Assembly (NCBI RefSeq): GCF_006345805.1 | Contig: NC_043017.1 | Span: forward strand, 9,796,001 to 9,860,000 | From: Octopus sinensis | Taxonomy: Eukaryota | Length of the DNA stretch: 64,000 bases | Direction: 5' to 3' | Part shown: piece by piece, positions 24,259 through 37,700 of the stretch | How the letters are laid out: each line of letters begins with the position of its first letter | How positions within the stretch are numbered: position 1 is the stretch's first letter | Position numbers and translations under genes: made by a program | The notes under the pieces: generated by a model | Seen by the model: the letters and a program-made list of their open reading frames with translations, nothing else | Databases searched by the model: none | Told to the model about the DNA's origin: nothing

Positions 24259-27200
24259 AGGTATGAGGTGAGTGGGGATAGAGAAACTAGGAGTGTGAAT
24301 GGGTGGGGGTTGCAAGAGTGTACGAGGTTGGGTGGAGAAAGGGAGGCAGAAGGTAACGTCTGTAAGGATTGAGTAGTCTTGAACAGTGGACTGTGAGTGA
24401 ATTCAAAAGACCTAACCCTTGAAAGCCTGTCATACAGGTATTGATGTGTGTGTGTGTGTGTTGGTATGGCTCAGTGGTTAGAGCGTCAAGCTTACGATCA
24501 TTACGTAGTGAGTTCGATTCCTAGAGTGGGCTGTGTGTTGTGTTTTTGAGCAAGACACTTTATTTCACGTTGCGCCAGTCCACTCAGCTGTAGAAATGAG
24601 TTGCGACGTCACTGGTGCCAAGCTGTATCGGCCCCTTTGCCTTTCCCTTGGACAACATCGGTGAAAAGAGGCTGGTATGCATGGGTGACTGCTGGGCTTC
24701 CGTAAACAACCTTGCCTGGCCTTGTACCTCTGAGGGGAACTTTCTAGGTGCAATCCCATGGTCATTCATGGCCGAAGGTGGGGTCTTTACCCTTTTCACC
24801 CACACTCCACTGCTTGGCAACCGGTGTTGGTTTGCTTAAGTCCTTGTAATTTAGCTTTCGGCAAAAGGGAATTTTAGAATAAGCCCCAGCTTTTAAAAAC
24901 AACCAAGAAAATTTACTGCAGTCGATTTGTTTTGACTCAAACCCTTCAAGGCGGTGCTCCAGCATGGCCGCAGTTCAATGACTGAAACAAGTAAAAGATA
25001 GAAAAAGAGGCATGTATCCCCCCAACCGACTTCGCTTCCCCATAATATCCAGAAAAATTGATATTTTTTAATGAAGATTTCTGCAAACATGCTTTAGATG
25101 CAAATTCCGATAATATAGGAATCTATTGTGGAAAAAGTTTTCCGAAGGTGAGGTGAGGAGTTTTGGAAAATTCATACGAAACAGCTTTCCTTACTCATAA
25201 CTTTTAGGAAAAATGGGTAATTTTTATGAAATTTTCTGTAAATACTTTTCAGACTGTGTAGATTACAATTATATCGGAATTTAATGAAAAAATAAATTTG
25301 GTGGACACGTACGCATACATATTAAAACACGTTACATATATCTACAAAATTAAACTTGAAATTTCGAAAAAAATTGTGATGTGTGTCAGTATATATGTTG
25401 TGCGTGCTCACTATTTTTTCTTTTCACATCAAATTAAGATATAACAGTAATTTACACACTGCGAAAAGTATTTGTAGAAAATTTCATTAAAAAATAGCTA
25501 ATTTTCTGAAAGCTATGAGGAAACAAAGCCGAATTGTGTGAATTTTTCGAAACTCCTCATAAAATTTTTTTCACATCAAATTCCGATAGAACGAGAATGT
25601 ACACCATCTGAAGTGTATTTGTAGAAAATTTCATTAAAAAATATTTATTTTTCTGGAAGCTATGAGGAAACTAAGTCGGAGAGGGTGGGGCACATATGTG
25701 TAGATATGCCAAAGATATTATGTGAGTCCACGAACAAACTTTTATTCGCTGAAGCATATCAAACTTCATGCTTGTGTCATTAAGTCCGCTTCTCTGCCAC
25801 GTGGTTTTAAGTTCACTACCATTACGTGACATCTTGGGTAAGTGACTTCTATTTCCTTAACCTCAGATTGAGCAATAACTTATTAGCGAAGTGTATATTA
25901 TACGGAGGTGGAAGTAGGGAAAATGTCTTATATCGAATATTTACAGCGCCAAACCAAGTGTCCCACGGGGAATGATTATATCCTGTATGTTCCGAGTTAA
26001 AATTCTGCCTTACTCAAACTTTGTCTTTTTATCTTACCGGGGTTGATTAAATAAAATATCACTGAGAGATGCCAAAGGAAAGAGAAATATCCATGATGGA
26101 ACAGTGCATGAATTAAAAATACCTCATAATATTTCTCCCGCCCAATTCGTTAGAAACCTATATACCAGGGTTGTTTCTCAATCATTTTTTTATCTGTAGA
26201 CCCTTTTGATTAGTATTTTATTCTTGTGGACCCTCGTAGCCCATTCGATGTTTAAAAACTAGTTTTATAGATATTTTTTTTCAAAATTACTATTTTGTTT
26301 TTCACACATTAACTTGTGTAGGTTGAACTATGTAAAATGTGAGAGAAAGAAACCCAGCTGTTTCTTGAAATACGTACATATAAAGACAGATTTTTTCAGG
26401 GTTAGGATTAGGGTTAAGGTTATTGTGGGTGTCCAATTCATTATTTTGTTGTGTGGATCACGATTGAGGATCACTGCCAAATACGAATATTACTATTCGT
26501 AGAAGGTATGATACACACACACACACACACACTTAACTAGTAATACATACATAGACTTATAGATAGACAGACAGATAGATGTGTGTGTGTGTTCACATAT
26601 AATATACACGGTGCGCACATACATGCACAAGACCTGCGTGCCTACACATGCTCACACATGTACACACGCGCGCACATGTACACACATGCTCATATATATA
26701 TATATATATACACGCGCACATGTACACACTCAAGTACACATGTACGTAATCATACACACACATACTCGCGCGCGCGCACTCACATAAACTACGATTTCAA
26801 TCTTACATATTTATAAATAAATAATTCTTATATTTATACACCGCCCACTTATATTTTGTCCCTCCCACATACGTTACGTCCGCGTTAATCAATGCACTCA
26901 CGTAATTTATATATATATATAAATATATACACTTTCTGCGCACAACTTAATTTTTATCATACCTTACTGTTTAAAACCTCGCATGCCATCAATTTGTAAC
27001 GGTTTATCTTTCCGTCAGCACTTCTTTACGGTCGACAGACACATAACACACAGGTCACTCCGTGAGGTAAGACACCTCTTACTGCCTTTTCTCTTAGCGC
27101 GCGCTCACACACGCATACACACACTTATGTAGTATGACACACACACACACACATATATATTATATGTAATGTGTGTGTGTGTATATATATATATGTTATA

Positions 27201-27618
27201 CATATATATATGTCTGTGTGTGTGTGTATATGTATATGTAGGTTTGGTGAGGCAAACAAGAAAAATGGAATTCAAAATATGAATATATATTATTGATATT
27301 AAGCAGAAGCAAGAGAGGAACTCAAGACCCGAGAATTTCACACGTTGGCATTTGCCAAAGTTTAATAAGTACCAACACACGAAGCCCTCGGTCGGCCCTT
27401 GAATCGCTGTGTTGCTCCTGCTAAATATATATATATATATATATATTACGGAGATGTACTTGCATAGCAAGTGATTTGATCTGAGATCGTGTGCTGAAAC
27501 GAAAACAATTTAAGAAACACACAAAAGCCGTTCGATTCACTTCAACATTTAAGTTTAATTTGTCAAAATCGAACGGCTTTTATACATATATATATATATC
27601 ATATATATATATATATTA

Positions 27619-27645
<27 letters not shown>

Positions 27646-27649
<4 letters not shown>

Positions 27650-27823
27650 CAATATGTTACATACTCGGTAGTCAAGATAAAACTCTGAGTTTCAGATGCC
27701 GAAGTGGAAATCCACAACACCATCTCTTCGAGATAACCGAAGAGATGGTGTTGTGGATTTCCACTTCGGCATCTGAAACTCAGAGTTTTATCTTGACTAC
27801 CGAGTAATGTAACATATTGTATA
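27646..27823. repeat. Near-perfect fold-back inverted repeat, ~85-bp arms, 7-nt loop
   Basis: Arms 27646-27730 and 27738-27823 are reverse complements apart from a 1-nt indel. Confidence 0.95.
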
Positions 27824-27889
27824 GATAAATTTCCTCTATTTACATAATATTGAGGTCTCTTTCTTTTGTTATCTTACCGTTTTATCATA

Positions 27890-27890
27890 G

Positions 27891-27943
<53 letters not shown>

Positions 27944-27977
27944 GATATATTATATATATAGTATTATATATAATATA

Positions 27978-28019
<42 letters not shown>

Positions 28020-28086
28020 ATATATATATTATATATATATATTATTATATATCATTATATATATATATATATATTATATATATATA

Positions 28087-28171
<85 letters not shown>

Positions 28172-28239
28172 ATATATATATATTTATATTATATATATAT
28201 ATATATATATAATATTATATATATATATTATATATATAG

Positions 28240-28310
<71 letters not shown>
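27890..28310. repeat. Long interrupted (TA)n microsatellite
   Basis: Direct reading. Confidence 0.97.
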
Positions 28311-28311
<1 letters not shown>

Positions 28312-29365
28312 GGTTACTTTCTCTTTGAGCTTCCTCGTTGTCAGGGACATTTTCTGACATTCGGGTGGGACAACTTTGAGGGATTTGATCTTTGTGTCTG
28401 CTGCTATAATAATGTCCTTTCATGATTATGTACACGCTCTCTCTTTATGTTTACACACACACACACGAACAATTAGGCAATGTTTTGCCTTTAGTATCAC
28501 TCTAACAAATATACACTATCTGTGGCAAACCACACACGTTTGTTTACACACACACACACACACACATGGTCTAAGGCAATGCTCTTACAATGTTTATATC
28601 GTTCGTCCTGTATTCTGTGCAGATGTTGTTTACTTTCCTATTTTAAACTGATCAATCCCGATCAGTTTAAAATAGAATTATTATAGTCAAAGCAGTTCTG
28701 GTGTTCAACCATAACGATCTCTTACAATTTTGAGGCATAGTCTACCGCGGACTATATTACCTTTTAGCTCTATTTTGTTCAATGTGTATCACTTTTATTT
28801 TTATTTTAAAAAAAAGACATTACGGTGTGATGTGTGATTTCAAAGAGATCTTGGCTGCTATTTCTAGCATATCGATTGACTTCACAGAGGCCGCCGATAT
28901 TGTTTAAGAATCATAGACCTATGATTAAAGGTACTCCAACCATGACATTTCCACTTGTTTTTCGAACATAGCATATCTAGGACTATATTATCCAATGCAT
29001 TCTCTTCTTTTTTTCAAGTCAATCGGTTTTTATTTAGGGCGGATTTGGCTGCTATTTCTCTAATATCCACATGCCACACAGACATTTTCTAACCTAAACC
29101 CATACCGACTTTGAGCCAGACTTATCTGTCGATCTATCTATCTATCTATCATATATATATAGGCGCAGGAGTGCTGTGTGGTAAGTAGCTTGCTTACCAA
29201 CACATGCTTCCAGTTCAGTCCCCTGCGTACACCTTGGGCAGTGTCTTCTACTATAGCCCGTCGGCCGACCAAAGCCTGTGAGTGGATTTGGTAGACGGAA
29301 ACTGAAAGAAGCCCGTCGTATATATGTGTATTGTGTGTGTCTGTATGTCCCCCCAACATCGCTTG

Positions 29366-29696
29366 GTGAGGGCGCGTGGCTTAGTGGTTAGGGCATTCTG
29401 CTCATGATCGTAAGGTTGTGAGTTCGATTCCCGGCGACGCGTTGTGTCCTTGAGCAAGACACTTTATTTCACGTTGCTCCAGTCCACTCAGCTGCAAAAA
29501 TGAGTTGTACTTGTATTTCAAAGGGTCAGCCTTGTCACTCTCTGTGTCACGCTGATTATCCCCGAGAACTACGTTAAGGGTACACGTGTCTGTGGAATGC
29601 TCAGTCATTCACGTAATTTCACGAGCAAGCTGTTCCGTTGTCGTATCAGCTGGGACCCTCGTCGTCGTAACCGGCGGAGTCTTTTAAAAAAAAAAA
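29366..29696 (+). mobile_element. tRNA-derived SINE family C nested in a family B copy
   Basis: 11-bp TSD AACATCGCTTG (29355-29365, 29697-29707); A box TGGCTTAGTGG, B box GTTCGATTCC. Confidence 0.88.
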
Positions 29697-30403
29697 AACA
29701 TCGCTTGACAACCAATGCTGGTGTGTTTACATCCCCGTTACTTAGCGGTTCGGCAAAAGAGACCGATAGAATAAGTACTAGACTTACAAAGAATAAGTCC
29801 TGGGGCCGATTTGCTCGACTAAAAAAGGCAGTGCTCTAGGATGGCCGCAGTCAAATGACTGAAACAAGTAAAAGAGTAAAAGAGAGAGCGAGTATATATA
29901 TACACACATCGTCCAACCCATGCTAGCATGGAAAACGGACGTTAAATGACGATGATATGATGATGCCAAAGCAGACATGGAGCCTGGTGCAGCTCTTTGG
30001 CTGGTCAGCTCCTGTGAAACTGTCCAACCCAAGCTAGCATGGAAAACAGACGTTAAATGATGATGAGGATGATGATGATGATATAAATATCTTTTCCTTC
30101 CTGGTTTTTATCTTTTTCTCTCCGTTTGTCTTACTGCCACGCATTTTTAATTGACACACCCATATATATTATATATCACATACGCACACAGATATATTTG
30201 ATACTCTCCTCCACACACACGCACACACATGCAACGATTGCAGTTGTTTGAAACTTGAGCCATTAGATAAACATTCAGCTTCAATAAATCATATATATAT
30301 ATATTATGATGATTGCCTCGTCTTGTCTGATGGTAGCCAGCTCACATTCAGCTTTGGTTGTTCTGATTTACTTATATCCTTGCACGTGCACTGATATAAA
30401 TAT

Positions 30404-30705
30404 CACCGTGATCGGCCAGGCTATCAGATGTTGCTACACATCGCTGGTCACAATGCGCTTTGCATTGTTTTAGCCTTCAAATGACGCCACCCCGCTGGCT
30501 AAGCGAGCAGGCCAACAGAAGAAAGAGTGAGAGAAAGTTGTAGCGAAAGAGTACAGCAGGGATCGCCACCATCCCCTGCCGGAGCCTCGTGGAGCTTTAG
30601 GTGTTTTCGCTCAATAAACACTCACAACACTCGGTCTGGGAATTGAAACCGCGATCCTACGACCGCGAGTCCGCTGCCCTAACCACTGGGCCATTGCACC
30701 TCCAC
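30404..30705 (-). mobile_element. tRNA-derived SINE family D; second copy at 15690-15960(-)
   Basis: Two similar copies with an A/B-box head and their own tail. Confidence 0.82.
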
Positions 30706-30782
30706 TATATAAATATACACATATTTATACAAAATGGATGAAGAAATGAAATGATGAGACATCTGTACATCATTGGATTGAA

Positions 30783-30995
30783 CCCTTTAACATATTCAGA
30801 TTAATCTGACAAATCTAATGCTTATTTATTCACATTGTTTTGAATTAATCATGCATTATCTCATCACTTTGAGACTTCAGTGATGGGATTGTTTAGTTTT
30901 GGAATGACATTGGTGGGTAAGTGTGAGAGGCCTGATCTGGCCAGTTTGAACATAAAACAGGTAGAAAATTTGGGGCTGGTCTAAATGTTAAAGGG
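30783..30995. mobile_element. piggyBac-like MITE; other copies at about 425-625 and 41144-41365
   Basis: CCCTTTAACAT ... ATGTTAAAGGG termini with TGAA/TTAA flanks. Confidence 0.6.
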
Positions 30996-32189
30996 TTAAC
31001 TGACAAAAGCTTGTACGGTGCTTTTGCCATACTCTTGGTCACCATAGAAGGTACCAGCAACAAGCATTGCAAGTTGACTGCTAGCTATTTTGACAGCAAG
31101 TTTTATGTCAGAGGAACTTTCTTCTACAAGAGCTGCCATCCTCGTGGCTTTGTCAAAAATAACGCAAGTCTCCTCTACCCCTGGGATGTCTGTTTAACCC
31201 ATAGGTGCGATTCTGATAGGTGTTACCTTTTTGGATCAGAAAGGACCTGGCAGTAATGGTAAATTAAGAGATAATTTCATGCTCCCCTAAAAATCCAGAA
31301 GTCCCAAACTGGAGCCTCACCACTGAAGGCAGTTTGATGTCATAACCAGGATATACATACATGTATATATATATATGATAAGAGGAAGGTCAAGTGGTTG
31401 ATGTAACAGAGTGTTGGTTAACAATGGACAAACACATAGCCATAAAGGGCTGTGCAGACCACAGTACATATGATCAAGTGGTGCTAGAAGCAACAACAAA
31501 AGCCAAATGTTTTTAAGATCCCAGAATATCATCATCATCATCATCATTGTTTAGCGTCCGTTTTCCATGCTAGCATGGGTTATATATATATTTTAATTCA
31601 AAACTTATGAAAACAAGACATTTGTACTCAGAGCCAGAACCGGTTTCTACTGGGTTAATAATGAAAGGGTTAAATAATATTTGTCTTTCACCAAATGGCT
31701 TACCTTTTTTGTTGATCTTACCATCACAGAACAGTACATTATATACACATACACACATGCATGCATGCACACATACACAGCATGTTTCTTTCAGTTTTTG
31801 TCTACAAAATCTACTCCCAAGGCTTTACTTGACTTGGGGCTGCAGTAGAAGACACTTGCCCAAGGTGCCATGCAGTGGGAGAAGCCAGTTTCTTAACCAC
31901 ACGGCCGTGCCTGCACATGTTTGCATTTAATCTGTTTCCATTGCTCTCTTAGTATTCAGTATATATAGATCTATTCCTTTGTAACTATTTTTTCACTTCA
32001 TTCATCATTAAGACCAATTAGTAGATAATTACATTCAATCTACATATTGAAGAATGCTTTTTTTTTTACCGTTTTTTTTTTTTATTTCTGGAACAATAAA
32101 GTATCTTTCATTAATTCATTTCTGAGAAAAGCTTTTACTTTTCCTCATTCTTCGAGGGTTTGTTCATGTTGTTGTTGTTGTATTTATAC

Positions 32190-32375
32190 CATCACTGCCA
32201 TCATCATCGTCACAATGGCCATTGTCCTTACCATTTTTATCGTTATCCCCATCATCACCATCATCATCATGATCATCATTACCACCATCATCATCATCAT
32301 CATCATCACCATTATCATCATCATCATCATCATTTTCATCATCATCATCATCATCATCATCACCATCGTCATCAT
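32190..32375. repeat. (CAT)n microsatellite
   Basis: Direct reading. Confidence 0.95.
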
Positions 32376-33830
32376 CATCGTGTACATATACTGCAGTATT
32401 ATATTATTCCGTTGCTATTGATAGTCTTCATATATCTTAATCACCTCATTTCATAATTAGGTCTATAGAATAGTTATTTTCTCTTGTTTCACTAATCTGG
32501 TTGGTACATTTTTTTCTCATTGTTCTTTTCACTTATATGTATACACACATACACACATAATATGTATGCATGTGTGTGTATATATATATATATATGTATA
32601 CATACACTCACACATACACACACACACACTTTTCTGTGATTGAAGTGATTTTTGTTTTGTTCTAAAATGAATGAAGAATATCTTTTGTAAATCAAGATTC
32701 TTTTGATGTAGGATTAGTGGAACTGGTGGTGGTGGGGGGGGGGGTATGGATGGAGTGTATAGAGAGTGAACATAATGTTTTGCTACAGTATCTTACTTAA
32801 ACATGTCTGCAAAGGAAATATTAAAGCAATGCTGTTGCTATGTAATTCCTTCAAGACTTAGCAACCATATGCCATGGTACCGCGGTTAGTTCTGTCTGCA
32901 GACAAGATTTTAAATTCGCCCTGACACAAGCTCCAAGTTGTCTTCAGCTCCTCCCAGAACGACACACATCTTGTTGAAGAATATCCGGTAGTCTTTTCAA
33001 CATATCCATATCTCTAAACACACATACATTCTCATTCCACAGTACCATGTTTTCTGGCATACAAATTGAATTTTTCAAACCAAAATTTACTGTCCAAAAA
33101 AGGGCTGACTTATACACCAAAATAACTTTGGGGTTTGTTTACATTACTCCATAAGAAACACAGGGTCATGTTCTCTGATGTATATATTCTTCCCCTGGAT
33201 GCGATGCCAGTCCATCGCAGAATTACTCACTTTAGCCAGCTTAGTGGACTGGAGCAATGTGAAGTGAAGTGTTTTGCTTAAGAGCATAACACATTGCCCG
33301 ATCCAGGAATCGAAACCACAATCTTACGATCATGAGTCTAATACATTCGCACCTAAGTTGTGTCACAGAATGATTCCTTTTTACCAGCTGAACAGAGTGA
33401 CGCAACATGAAATGAAATGTTATTTTCGAAAACACAATGTGTTGCCTTATCCAGGGATCGAAACCACAATCTTATGCTCCATGAGTCCAATACCCTAACC
33501 ACTAAGCCATGAGCCTCCACAACATGATTTTGGAGGACCAAAAACTCCCTATAAAATGTAGCAGGATTTGGAAAGTTAGTGATGACATTTCAATGTTCAC
33601 ACTATATTCTACATCGACTTGTATGCCAGAAAATACCATATTTAAGGTTTGCCTTATTTTGTTCCGTTCTCTGTTTAATGTAGTGTTAACTTTTTTGTAT
33701 GTAATTTGCTTTATTTTATTAGTTTTTGTTATATTTTATTCATTTTTATTTCAAATACACTCAGCAGATTAGACTGCTGGAAAAGAAAATAATTCCTAAC
33801 ATTGGGCTATGACATTTATTATTATTATTA

Positions 33831-33861
<31 letters not shown>

Positions 33862-34474
33862 CATTGTCTTTGCACAGCTTCTAAAGCTAGAGATATACTA
33901 TGGTGTCAGCTGTTCACTACCAGTGAACTAGTTAACAGCCCTTATTTTTCAAGCAGTTCCAAGCAGTGATGTTTCCTGCAAGTGCTCTACCCTTTTTGCA
34001 GCCCCTATTTGTTCCATGTACATCTCAAGATTTTTACTAACTGTTTACTCTGTGATAGTGCTGGGCATCTGTGACATTGTTCATGACCCACATAAATAAA
34101 TGAGTTCTGCAGCTCAGCTGTTTGACAATGATAAAACCCTCGAATACAGAACTTTGTTTGGCAAACAAAAATAAGAGTTGGCATCAGGTAGGGCATCCAG
34201 TCATTGAATGCTACCTCTAATCCCTGCCAGCATCGATAAAATAGACATAAAAATGGTGAAGGCAATGATGGGCAGGTGGTGGGGTAGCAGTGGCTGCAAT
34301 GATGATTCTTAGTGATGATGGTGGTGTTGGTGATCGTAGTTGTGCCCGTGGTAAAAATGATGATGGCAATGGTGATGGTGTTTGTGATGCTGCTGCTGCT
34401 GATGATGATGATGATGTGTTAACATTTACTTCTTTAGTAACAATAATATTTAATATTTTCTTTCTTCTCGGCAG

Positions 34475-34612
34475 CATCCTTCTCCAGTACTGCATTGAAG
34501 ATGAGCAACATAAAGACAATTGTCATCAGTGGTCCCTCTGGGGCTGGCAAGAGCACCTTGCTTCACTTACTCATGAAAGACTATCCGACAAGCTTTGCAT
34601 TCAGTGTTTCTC
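34475..34612 (+). CDS. GUK1: GUK1 exon with P-loop: (ASFSSTALK)[37 protein letters not shown]; short-isoform ATG at 34501
   Basis: Pyrimidine tract plus cggcag acceptor; GPSGAGKS Walker A motif; C|gtgagt donor, phase 1. Confidence 0.95.
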
Positions 34613-37379
34613 GTGAGTATAAGACTTCATTATTATTATTCTGTTCCAAACTTCTTCTCTTTTGGGTCCTGGGTCATCCCTGATCCAGCAGACCTATAAT
34701 TGAAAGTGTATCATCCTGTATTTTTCTTTTCAGACACTTTGGGGGCAGGTGCTATCTACTGCAACCCAGAGCTGACCAAAGCCTTGTGAGTGGATTTGGT
34801 AGATGGAGACTGAAGGAAGCACATTGTATTTATACATGTGTCTGTGTGTGTGTGTGCATATGTGTGTGTGCATGTGTGTATTCTTGTCTTAACACCATGT
34901 GATGGTTGTAAACATGCATTGTAGACTCATAGTGATGCTGTTCGTTTCCAGTCTTCCATGAAAAACATGCCTGGCCATGGGAAAATATTACATTGTGACA
35001 CTTGCCCAAGGTACCTCGCAGTGGAACTGAACCTGAAATCATGTGGTCAGAAAGCAAACCTTTTTAACCACACGGTCATTCCTGCACCACAAATCTGTCT
35101 AAATACCTACCCATGCACTACACCTATTTCTTTACTACCCACAAGGGGCTAAACACAGAGAGGACAAACAAGGACATACAAACGGATTAAGTCAATTATA
35201 TTGACCCCAGTGCGTAACTGGTACTTATTTAATCGACCCCGAAAGGATGAAAGGCAAAGTCGACCTCGGCAGAGTTTGAACTCAGAACGTAGTGGCAGAC
35301 GAAATACGGCTACGCATTTTGCCCAGCGTGCTAACGTTTCTGCCAGCTCGCCGCCTTGCACTACACCACCTACCTACCTGCTGTATTTACCTGTGTATAA
35401 GTCACACCTCTAATTTAGTGCTAAATCTTGCTACAAAGCTTTAAATCCCTTCATAGTTTTAGCTTTGCCCCTTATATAAGTTGCACCTCAGTTTTCTTTT
35501 TGTTGTTCATTTTAAAATCAGGTGTAAAATCGTTTGATTAGTCTATGAGTAATTTTCGTACATCTAAACACACATCATTCTCTGTGAACCCTCGTATCAC
35601 TATCATACTGTGCCAAAAAGAAACGAGTTCCTATATCTCCATAATCTGTTTAATCCAGCCAGATTAGTCGTGTGTTCATTGTTCGCACTAAAGCATCCAC
35701 ATTTTGTTATTGATAATTGTGGCAATCAATGGCCTTCATTGATCTCCTCCTCCCCTTTCTCACCCTTCTCTTCACCACTCTTTCTCTCTCTTTTATACCT
35801 TTCTCCTCCCCTCCCTCTCTTCCACTGCCTCTTCCTTTCTCTAACTTATCCATCTCAAGGCTGACTGCACTAGCTGGAGTATACTACTTCGCAATACTAT
35901 AAAAATGTTAGTAAAACCACTTGTGAGAAACAACCTCTTCATAGTCACTCAATCTTCCAGAAATAACAGCCAGATCTCCCTCTTACTTTGTTAATTGAAT
36001 AAAAGAAATGAAAGGACACATTTGATAATATGTGGCTTTGGGTCTGTATTAGAGATGGTCATTGTTATTATTATTATTATCAATTCATGCATGGGTCATT
36101 ACAGGTTCCGCCTGACTGGTTCCCTGTGCCTTTAGCATGTAAAAAGCACCATCCAAACGTGGTCAATACCAGCCCCCTGTGCCGGTAGCATTTAAAAAGC
36201 ACCATCCGATTGTGGCCAATGCCAGGACTGCCTAACTGGCTCCCATTCCGGTGGCACATAAAAAGCACCCACTACACTCTCGGAGTGGTTGGCGTTAGGA
36301 AGGGCATCCAGCTGTAGAAACATTGCTGGATCAGATTGGAGCCTGGTGCAATCGCTGGATCTCCAGACCTCAGTCAAACCGTCCAGCCCATGCCAGCATG
36401 GAAAATGGGCATTAAATGATGATGATGATGATGATGATTAAGGCAACAAACTAGCAGAATGGTTAGCATGCCATGCAAAATGCTTAGTGGCATCTCATCT
36501 GTCTTTATGTTCTGAGTTCAAATTCTGCTGAGTGTAATTCACTTATCTCTTCCCCAACTTGCTGGCCATGTGCCAAAATTTGAAGCCATTATTATTATTA
36601 TTATTATTATTATTATGATCATTATTATCATAATCATTATTATTATTACTATCATTAAAGTACAGTATAAAATGGCAAGCTGACAGAATCGTTAGCACAC
36701 TGTACGAAATGTTTAGTGGTATTTTGCCTGTTCTTACATTCTGAGTTCAAATTCCACCGAGATCGACTTTGCCTTTCATCCTTTAGGGGTCGATAAATTA
36801 AGTACCAGCAAAACTCTAGGGTTGATGTAATCGACTCGTCTCCTCTTCTCGAATTTCCAGGCCTTGTGCCTTTAGTAGAAAGAATTATTAAAGTATGGCA
36901 TGATTGTGTGTTGAGGAAGCTTGCTTCCCAACCATGTGGTTCTGGGTTCAATCCCACAATGTGGCACTTGAGGAAAGTGTCTTTTATAACCCTGGGCCAG
37001 TCAATGCCTTGTGAGTGAATTAAATAGCCGGAAACTGGAAGAAGCCTGTCATATAACATATGTGTGAGTGCATGCATGTATTTGTGTGTGTGTGTGTTTA
37101 TTGTTGTGTCTCCTTGTGTTGATAGTGTGCGATAGCTGTAAATAAGTGTCACCGTCATACAAGCTGTGTCATTCCTTTCCAGTCTTCCATGAAAACATGT
37201 CTGGCCTCGGAGAAATATTGCTTTGATTTGAAACAGGGGAAGGTTAGTGTGGAGGTGGAGGTGGTGGTGGTGGTGGTGGTGGTGGTGGAGCATCTAGCCA
37301 TAGAAAATCTGCTTGAACTAATTCTGTCTGACCCATGCAAACATGGAAAAATGTGTGTTTAAAATGGTGACAGTGACAA

Positions 37380-37700
37380 TGACGACAATTATGATGATGA
37401 TGTTGATGACGATGATGATGGTGATCGTGATGATGATGATGATAATGACAGTGGTCATGATGATGATGACGGTGGTCATGATGATGATGACGGTGGTCAT
37501 GATGATGATGACGGTGGTCATGATGATGATGACGGTGGTCATGATGATGATGACGGTGGTCATGATGATGATGACGGTGGTCATGATGATGATGACGGTG
37601 GTCATGATGATGATGTTGATGACGATGATGATGGTGATCGTGATGATGATGATGATGACGGTGGTCATGATGATGATGATGATGATGATGATAATGATGA
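37380..37700 (+). repeat. Minisatellite with a 21-bp unit GATGATGATGACGGTGGTCAT within (GAT)n
   Basis: Direct reading of the tandem units. Confidence 0.9.

Noticed and set aside
26398-26420. TTAGGG-like motifs (also at about 5841 and 54273)
   Set aside because: Only 2-3 imperfect units inside transposon remnants; not an interstitial telomere
28305-28400. Possible additional hammerhead on the minus strand (CTGACAA..GAG gaag CTC AAAG)
   Set aside because: Both G8 and G12 are missing and stem I is unconvincing
32047-32456. Poly-His / poly-Ile / poly-Met ORFs
   Set aside because: Three frames of a (CAT)n microsatellite in an intron
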